Below the pieces are notes generated by a model, which saw nothing but the letters and a program-made list of their open reading frames with translations, was not told the origin of the DNA and made no database searches. This document shows, piece by piece, positions 58,605-64,000 of a stretch of DNA of 64,000 nt (its first letter is position 1; every line of letters begins with the position of its first letter). The translations under genes were made by a program, and so were the position numbers. Origin of the DNA: a plasmid; the sequence record NZ_CP090684.1. One strand, 5' to 3'.

Positions 58605-59090
58605 ATGAAGACACCTGTTCTCATCCTCGCACTTGCCTCTCTCGTCGCATCTTCGGCATACGCGGTCCCCTCCACCAACGGCGTCGCATTCGACGTCCAT
58701 GGGCCCTACGTCGATGGCGGTGCAATCGTCGAGTCGCCGCAAGGGGGGAGCTACGTCTACTCGAATCAGCTTCCCGATGACGGGCGACGCCCGCAGCGCT
58801 TCATGCTTGGAAAAGCACCGCGCCAGAACTACGACTTATTCAGCGAGAAGGAGGAAGCAGCCCTTTGGAATACACGGGAGTCAATGTTGGCTGCCGAGCG
58901 CACGCGGCTCGCGCGGCATAGCCGGCACACGGCAAGTCGCGGGAAGGCGCGATCCGGGTCGATTCTGAACTGGCCGAAGGTCATCGTGGTTGGCGAGAAA
59001 ACGTGTGTTCCGACAACCGCATTCGCGACTTCTGCTGACTGGCAGAAGCATCTTGTCTGCTGGGATAAGGGGAGTCGCCATGTCGATTAA
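58605..59090 (+). CDS. Secreted hypothetical protein in transfer region
   Basis: Signal peptide MKTPVLILALASLVASSAYA. Confidence 0.4.
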   Translation: MKTPVLILALASLVASSAYAVPSTNGVAFDVHGPYVDGGAIVESPQGGSYVYSNQLPDDGRRPQRFMLGKAPRQNYDLFSEKEEAALWNTRESMLAAERTRLARHSRHTASRGKARSGSILNWPKVIVVGEKTCVPTTAFATSADWQKHLVCWDKGSRHVD

Positions 59091-59457
59091 GTTCCGAATC
59101 CCGAGATACGGCGGGGCAGGGCCCGCCCTGTTTGGCGTGCAGTTCAAGGATACCTACATCCTGATTCTCTCCCTACTTATCGCAGCAGTAGCCGGAAAGT
59201 TCTACGGAACCCCCGCGTACCTGGGAATTCCGTTCGCGGGGTACCACATCAACAAGAAGTACATCGAGTGGTGCAACGAACGGCTAGAAGGCTTTGCCCG
59301 CGTGGCCCTGTTTCGACTCGGTTTGAAAGGCTACGGCCGATTCAAATCTCAGAAGACGCTATATATCGGCGACGCAACCGTGATCAACCCACGCAATAGG
59401 CACCTCATCGAGTCGATTCTTGATCCCAGTTCAAAGGAAAAAGGAAAGTTGGAATGA
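59080..59457 (+). CDS. traL: TraL-like small membrane transfer protein
   Basis: About 125 aa with one TM helix, at the start of the traL-E-K-B-V-A-C ordered block. Confidence 0.45.
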   Translation: MSIKFRIPRYGGAGPALFGVQFKDTYILILSLLIAAVAGKFYGTPAYLGIPFAGYHINKKYIEWCNERLEGFARVALFRLGLKGYGRFKSQKTLYIGDATVINPRNRHLIESILDPSSKEKGKLE

Positions 59458-60053
59458 ATCGCACAGCAAGAGATAAATCGATCGCCGAATACAAGCAGCT
59501 GAACCGATATCTCTCGATCGGGATCGGCTGCTTGGGCATTGCAGTCCTGCTGCTGTCTTTGCGGGTGATCTTCCAGAACGTCATCGTCCAAATGCAGGTT
59601 CCGGGAATGCCAGATGGCGCGAAGATCGAGCGCAACGGGATGGATGTCGGTGCAATGCAAGCGTATGCGTTCGCAGTGACTAATGCTCTCGCATCGGTCA
59701 ATCCGAGTAACGGCGAATCCACGAAACGCTTCGTTCAGCCATTTCTCTCACCTGCGGCGTACACGAAAGTCAGTTTGGCAATCGACCAGAAGATCGAGAC
59801 GCTGAAGTCGCAGCGCGAGCTGGGAAGCTATTACTTTGTTCTGAAGCGCTTCGATGCCGACGAGAAACTTGGGCGCGTGTTCGTCCAAGGTGACGTCCAT
59901 ACCGTCAACGCAGCCAAGGATACCGGGGAGCCATGGGTCTTCGAATACCCGGTCCGCTTTGGCAATTATCGAATGACGATGGACGACGTCATCGCCTACC
60001 CCGGCGACAAGGCTCATACCTCCGAATGGATCAAAGCTCAACAGAAGAAGTGA
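59454..60053 (+). CDS. traE: TraE-like transfer protein
   Basis: 199 aa. N-terminal TM helix. Position and order match F-like traE. Confidence 0.5.
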   Translation: MNRTARDKSIAEYKQLNRYLSIGIGCLGIAVLLLSLRVIFQNVIVQMQVPGMPDGAKIERNGMDVGAMQAYAFAVTNALASVNPSNGESTKRFVQPFLSPAAYTKVSLAIDQKIETLKSQRELGSYYFVLKRFDADEKLGRVFVQGDVHTVNAAKDTGEPWVFEYPVRFGNYRMTMDDVIAYPGDKAHTSEWIKAQQKK

Positions 60054-60058
60054 AGCCG

Positions 60059-61018
60059 ATGAAAACCCGCTACCTTTCCGCCCTTATGGCGGTCTATTTC
60101 GGATCGACACTGTCCACTGTTGCGTTTGCCCAAGGCGCATCAGCGTCCGTGGACTTTGGCGTTGCTACGCCGCCGGCTATTGAATCCGCGGCGACGACGA
60201 CGACGACGACGAAGACGAAGCCGAAGCTCCATGGCCACGTGAAACGGACCCGTGATCCCCTGAAGGTTGATGCGTCAATCGCAGTTAAGAACACACCGCA
60301 GAAGGAAATCGTTCTTCCTGGCGTTTTGACGGTACCCGGCGAGGGCATTGGCGTGCCCGACCCGTCCAATGTCCAGAAGGTCTCCTGGACCAACACAGGC
60401 AACAAAACGGTATACCTGAGCGCAGACGAGCCGAACCGGATTCTGCTGCCGTTCAAGAATGCGTACATTGTCCACACGAGTGACGTTCAAGTCGACAAGC
60501 GTGAGCAAAGCAATAACGTGTACGTCTACTGGACGAACGCTCCTTCGCAAGCTCGCCACCTGTATATCGAGCCGCCCGACGGGGGGTCAGCGCTCGGTCT
60601 CGCTATCGTCCCGAAGAAGATCCCCGCGCAAACAATTCTCGTGACCGACGATACCGGCATTGTATCGGGGCGACGCCCCAAGTCGTCGCCAGGCAGTGAG
60701 TACACATCCCATATTCAGGACTTGATGGCGGCGATCGCTTTGGGAAAGGCGCCGGATGGCTTCTCACAGGTTGACATCCAGTTGCCTCCCATAGCAATGA
60801 ACGGCCTCTCCGCCACCGTTGACACCCGGTACAGCAGCCAAGAGGGCGATCTCTACGTCTATACGGTTCGAAATCCAACGCAGAGCAGGGCCGTGTTGCG
60901 CGAGGAGGAATTCGACGGCCCTGAGGTCATCGCGGTATCGATTTACCCGAAACCGGTACTTCTTCCTGGAGAGAAGACCCGCGTGATCGTGATGGCGCGT
61001 AAGCGCGAGGAGCAGTAA
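60059..61018 (+). CDS. traK: TraK-like (secretin-like) transfer protein
   Basis: Signal peptide. Position between traE and traB. Confidence 0.5.
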   Translation: MKTRYLSALMAVYFGSTLSTVAFAQGASASVDFGVATPPAIESAATTTTTTKTKPKLHGHVKRTRDPLKVDASIAVKNTPQKEIVLPGVLTVPGEGIGVPDPSNVQKVSWTNTGNKTVYLSADEPNRILLPFKNAYIVHTSDVQVDKREQSNNVYVYWTNAPSQARHLYIEPPDGGSALGLAIVPKKIPAQTILVTDDTGIVSGRRPKSSPGSEYTSHIQDLMAAIALGKAPDGFSQVDIQLPPIAMNGLSATVDTRYSSQEGDLYVYTVRNPTQSRAVLREEEFDGPEVIAVSIYPKPVLLPGEKTRVIVMARKREEQ

Positions 61019-62379
61019 TGGCGATGCAATTTAAGTGGCTTGAAGATCGCAAGCAGGAATGGCGGGATATGGAGCCTAAGTTCCGCTACCTGCTGGTCAC
61101 TGTCGCCGTCACGGGGACCGCCTTCATCCTGTACCAGCACTTCACACGAGCACCCAAAGCGGACACCGCGGGCGCTGTTGCACAAGGAGTGGTCGCTCCC
61201 GCGGCCGGCTTGCCGCCTCAACCGGCGCAGCCGGCGCCCGCGCCCCAAGGGTTTGCCGGCACCGTCGGCATTTTGCCGACGTCGAACCGGAACCAGGGCC
61301 TCGAGGACTTGGCGGCACAGGTCGGCTCGCTCCAGCAGCAGGTTGTCACTCTGACAAAGGCGGTTTCCGACGGCAAGGCTGGCGGCGCACCAGACGCATC
61401 GAAGCTGACGACGACATGGACGCCGGCAAGCGCGCCTTCGGCATCGACGCCCACGCCGTCCGACGGTTCGAATAACAGTCCGCTGGGCAAGGATCTCCCT
61501 GACGCTGTGAACTTTGATCAACCGGGAAATCGTCCGTCCAGCGCATCGGGCAGTATCGCAGGGACCGCGGCGGCCGACCCCGCGGCCTTCGCCGCCGCTC
61601 GACCGGCAGAGCCGCCGGCGCCGGCGCGCCCGACCTTAGTCGTGGACAAGCCAGCACCGTCGACTGCAAGTGCCGGAAACCCCAAACCGGACCCGACTTT
61701 CCCGATCTATTCGGGCATCGAGGCAGTCATGCTCTCCGGCTTCAACGCGCGCCAGGGCGGGTCGAACGGTGGTCCAGCCGGCGCCGTCACGAAGGCGATC
61801 GACGTCGGCGCACCGTTCGTGTCCCGAGTGAAGGGGGCGACGATCATGCCGAACTCGTGGAAGTCTTCCGACCTCGAGAACTGCTTCATCGGCGGCTCGG
61901 CTACTGCCGTCCTGTCCGCCGAGCGCGCGTACGTTATCTCCGACAAGATCAGCTGCGTCTTCAAGAACGGGGAAATCTATGAAGGTGACATTGTCGCGTA
62001 CGGACTGGACGTCGACGGCAACCTAGGTCTCGCCGGAAAGGTCGTGAATAAGCAGGGCTCCATGCTGATGCAAGCCGCGCTGACGGGCATGGCCGCCGGC
62101 CTCGGGTCGGCACTCGCTCCGACGGCTGTCTCTAGCTACAACAGCAACGTGAGCGCCGGCTCGACTGGCGCCTATACCTACCCGAGTCCCAGCTTTCTGC
62201 TCGGCACCTCGGTTGGTACCGGTGTGAATAAGGCCGCAACGGAGCTCTCGCAGTTTTACCTGAACTTCGCCAAGGAAACGTTCCCGGTCATCGAAGTAAC
62301 CGCGGGTACTCGAGTCACCTGGATTCTCAAGCAAGCGCTCACCCTGAAGCGCAAGACGCCCCCCAAGGACCAACGATGA
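61018..62379 (+). CDS. traB: TraB/VirB10-like transfer protein
   Basis: N-terminal TM helix. Pro-rich linker. C-terminal VirB10-like domain. Confidence 0.6.
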   Translation: MAMQFKWLEDRKQEWRDMEPKFRYLLVTVAVTGTAFILYQHFTRAPKADTAGAVAQGVVAPAAGLPPQPAQPAPAPQGFAGTVGILPTSNRNQGLEDLAAQVGSLQQQVVTLTKAVSDGKAGGAPDASKLTTTWTPASAPSASTPTPSDGSNNSPLGKDLPDAVNFDQPGNRPSSASGSIAGTAAADPAAFAAARPAEPPAPARPTLVVDKPAPSTASAGNPKPDPTFPIYSGIEAVMLSGFNARQGGSNGGPAGAVTKAIDVGAPFVSRVKGATIMPNSWKSSDLENCFIGGSATAVLSAERAYVISDKISCVFKNGEIYEGDIVAYGLDVDGNLGLAGKVVNKQGSMLMQAALTGMAAGLGSALAPTAVSSYNSNVSAGSTGAYTYPSPSFLLGTSVGTGVNKAATELSQFYLNFAKETFPVIEVTAGTRVTWILKQALTLKRKTPPKDQR

Positions 62380-63092
62380 ATCGCTCCTCAAGAAATCTCG
62401 GCATGATGATTTTGCCGGCCATCGCTGTTTCGCTCGCCGCTTGCTCGTCCGCATTCAATCCGATCGGGAGCAATACGTACGACTGCAATCGAAAGCAGGA
62501 TCCGACGAGCATCTATTGCCATAGTTTCCGCGCGGTTGAAGCTTCGACCAATGGTCGACTGCCTGATAGCCGCTTCGATACCGAGCTGAAATTTAGCGAG
62601 TACGACAAGGCAACTGACATCGCCCCGCCGAATCGTCGCGACTTGACCGCTCCCCCGCTACTGACTGCCGGCGGACAACCGGTCCAGCTTGGCTCGGGTG
62701 GAGCGGCGTCCCAGCCTGCGCCGGCCGATGCGACGCCTCTGCACGCAGAGATGCCCGTCCGTATGGGTCCGGTAATCCAGCGGACCTGGATCAAGCGTTT
62801 CGTCGACGAGAACGACATGTGGACGAGCGACCTCACCGTGCTCAAGGAAATCGCGCCATCTCGATGGACAGGATTCGACGGTGGCAACCCCGCACGGGCG
62901 GCCGGTGGCGTCTATCCGCACAAGGTTGCCGACACGCCTCAAGACCCGTCTGCTGGCGCGGTCGCCTCGGCGCAAAGCGCGCCTCCGGCTGCTGCCCCGC
63001 CGACGACCAACGATTTCATCCAACCCGGCGGACCCGCGCCGGGCGGTGAAAACCCCGCTGGCATCCCGATGCCAATGTCAATGCCACAGTAA
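62376..63092 (+). CDS. traV: TraV-like outer-membrane lipoprotein
   Basis: Lipobox LAACSS. Follows traB. Confidence 0.5.
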   Translation: MNRSSRNLGMMILPAIAVSLAACSSAFNPIGSNTYDCNRKQDPTSIYCHSFRAVEASTNGRLPDSRFDTELKFSEYDKATDIAPPNRRDLTAPPLLTAGGQPVQLGSGGAASQPAPADATPLHAEMPVRMGPVIQRTWIKRFVDENDMWTSDLTVLKEIAPSRWTGFDGGNPARAAGGVYPHKVADTPQDPSAGAVASAQSAPPAAAPPTTNDFIQPGGPAPGGENPAGIPMPMSMPQ

Positions 63093-63104
63093 ACGAGGAA
63101 ACCA

Positions 63105-63494
63105 ATGAAACAGAAAGCAGCTGCAACCCTGACCGCCACGCCGACCTGGTCGCCGAAGGCGGCAATGGTGATGGCCGTCGGGATGGGCATCATGCTCATC
63201 TCGATCGGCGCCCTTAATGGCGGAACCGCGCTGACCGGTAGCGCATGGGATTCGATCCAGACCACGATCAAGGAGATGCTGAGCAGCACGTATGTGATGT
63301 TCGCCATTCTGCTGACTTTCCTCGTGACTATCTGGCAGCTCGCGCACGGGCAGGGCTATCGCAACCTCGCGGTTGTCCTCGGCATCCTTGCAACGGCGTT
63401 GATCGGCCCGAGCATCGTCCAGACGGTCGCAACAGCTAACGGGCCTGCACCGGCATCCAGCAACACCGCGCCCGACTACGGACTCGCGCACTAA
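63105..63494 (+). CDS. traA: TraA-like propilin / small ICE membrane protein
   Basis: 129 aa. Leader followed by two hydrophobic segments. Immediately precedes traC. Confidence 0.45.
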   Translation: MKQKAAATLTATPTWSPKAAMVMAVGMGIMLISIGALNGGTALTGSAWDSIQTTIKEMLSSTYVMFAILLTFLVTIWQLAHGQGYRNLAVVLGILATALIGPSIVQTVATANGPAPASSNTAPDYGLAH

Positions 63495-63516
63495 ACAACC
63501 GTCCCCGTCGAGGATC

Positions 63517-63540
63517 GGGGCGCGCCGAACGCGCGCCCCA
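63517..63540 (+). promoter_or_regulatory. GC-rich hairpin GGGGCGCGC-cgaac-GCGCGCCCC between traA-like and traC (attenuator/partial terminator)
   Basis: Perfect 9-bp stem with a weak downstream T-tract (ATCCGTTTC). Confidence 0.4.
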
Positions 63541-63568
63541 TCCGTTTCAAGTCGAAAGAGAGTTCATC

Positions 63569-64000
63569 TTGACCGCCACCACCCTCAAAGTCCGACGATC
63601 ACCGGCGAGCGATATTCTCAACATCGAGACCTACACGTCGGATAGCAACCTCGTGATCTCGAAGGCGCCAGGCGCCGAACGGCCGCTAATCGGCGCCGTC
63701 TACAGGATGAGTCCGCTCGCTGGAGGCGGTGGCGAATTCAGCACAGTCGTTCAAAACGTGTTCAAGGCCGTGCCCGACCAGTCGGTGATCCAGGTTACTC
63801 TGGTAATCCACCCTGACCACGACGCGCCGGATACCTATTTGAAGGGCAAATTGTATGGCGGCCCTGTCGTGCAAGACCTGATCAAGCGGCAGGCGGACCT
63901 CTATCGCCGCGGACTCGCGAGTGGCGAGCTACCTGATCTCCCTGGCATCAATAAGCGGACGGTCTACGTTTCGCTCGCAGTGCCGCATCGGAAAGCCGAC
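63569..64000 (+). CDS. traC: TraC-family conjugative transfer ATPase (VirB4-like), 3' partial, probable TTG start
   Basis: Open frame to the window end with no ATG. N-terminus ...ISKAPGAERPLIGAVYRMSPLAGGGGEF... resembles ICE/F-like TraC N-terminal regions. Confidence 0.5.
   Translation, partial: MTATTLKVRRSPASDILNIETYTSDSNLVISKAPGAERPLIGAVYRMSPLAGGGGEFSTVVQNVFKAVPDQSVIQVTLVIHPDHDAPDTYLKGKLYGGPVVQDLIKRQADLYRRGLASGELPDLPGINKRTVYVSLAVPHRKAD

Noticed and set aside
1-64000. tRNA/rRNA genes or tRNA-borne att sites
   Set aside because: Scanning the ORF-free gaps (13770-13835, 33090-33307, 39076-39337, 47925-48200, 53821-54081) found no cloverleaf-compatible GTTCRANYC-containing segments. Integration sites of the two integrase systems remain undefined.

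Overview
High-GC Burkholderiales-type DNA (the organism call is an inference from composition and gene content). The window splits into five regions.

(1) 1-13.8 kb is a chromosomal-type copper/silver resistance island. It reads copC(partial)-copD, a Csp-like Cys-rich four-helix-bundle protein, a cusD-like/cusC/cusB/cusA/cusF RND efflux operon, dsbD, and a tail of small periplasmic/membrane metal-binding proteins (Met-rich, DUF2933, a 53-aa Met/His-tailed peptide, a PCYCGC protein, a P-II-like protein).

(2) 13.8-19.4 kb holds a co-directional, translationally coupled trio of tyrosine recombinases (411/633/650 aa) followed by a small HTH protein, resembling Tn554 TnpA/TnpB/TnpC or RIT-like elements. 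Divergent from it, a LexA box (CTGTATAAACATACAG) sits upstream of an imuA-imuB-dnaE2 SOS-mutagenesis cassette (19.7-25.0 kb).

(3) 25.0-29.8 kb is a plasmid-type maintenance module (RepA initiator, KorA-like, KorB/ParB, IncC/ParA) with a palindromic operator. It is followed by an XRE regulator and hypotheticals.

(4) 33.3-39.3 kb is one minus-strand operon of about 8 tightly coupled genes. It runs from unknown proteins through a trypsin-like serine protease and a membrane protein into a large DUF3701-type tyrosine integrase, bounded upstream by an intrinsic terminator and a VapBC module. This is the best candidate for an undescribed system.

(5) 40-64 kb looks like a conjugative plasmid/ICE backbone. 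It carries a stand-alone LigD-type ligase, four copies of a 16-bp parS palindrome (CTTGGCTCGAGCCAAG) around parAB, an oriV of about 15 iterons with an AT-rich core upstream of a TrfA-like initiator, a candidate sRNA, unknown membrane proteins, a GDSL lipoprotein, a zeta-toxin kinase/DUF1173/HExxH membrane triad, and an F-like T4SS (dsbC, slt, traW, traU, trbC, traL-E-K-B-V-A-C partial).

No rRNA, tRNA or CRISPR array was recognised. Many long antisense or alternate-frame ORFs in the track are high-GC artefacts.
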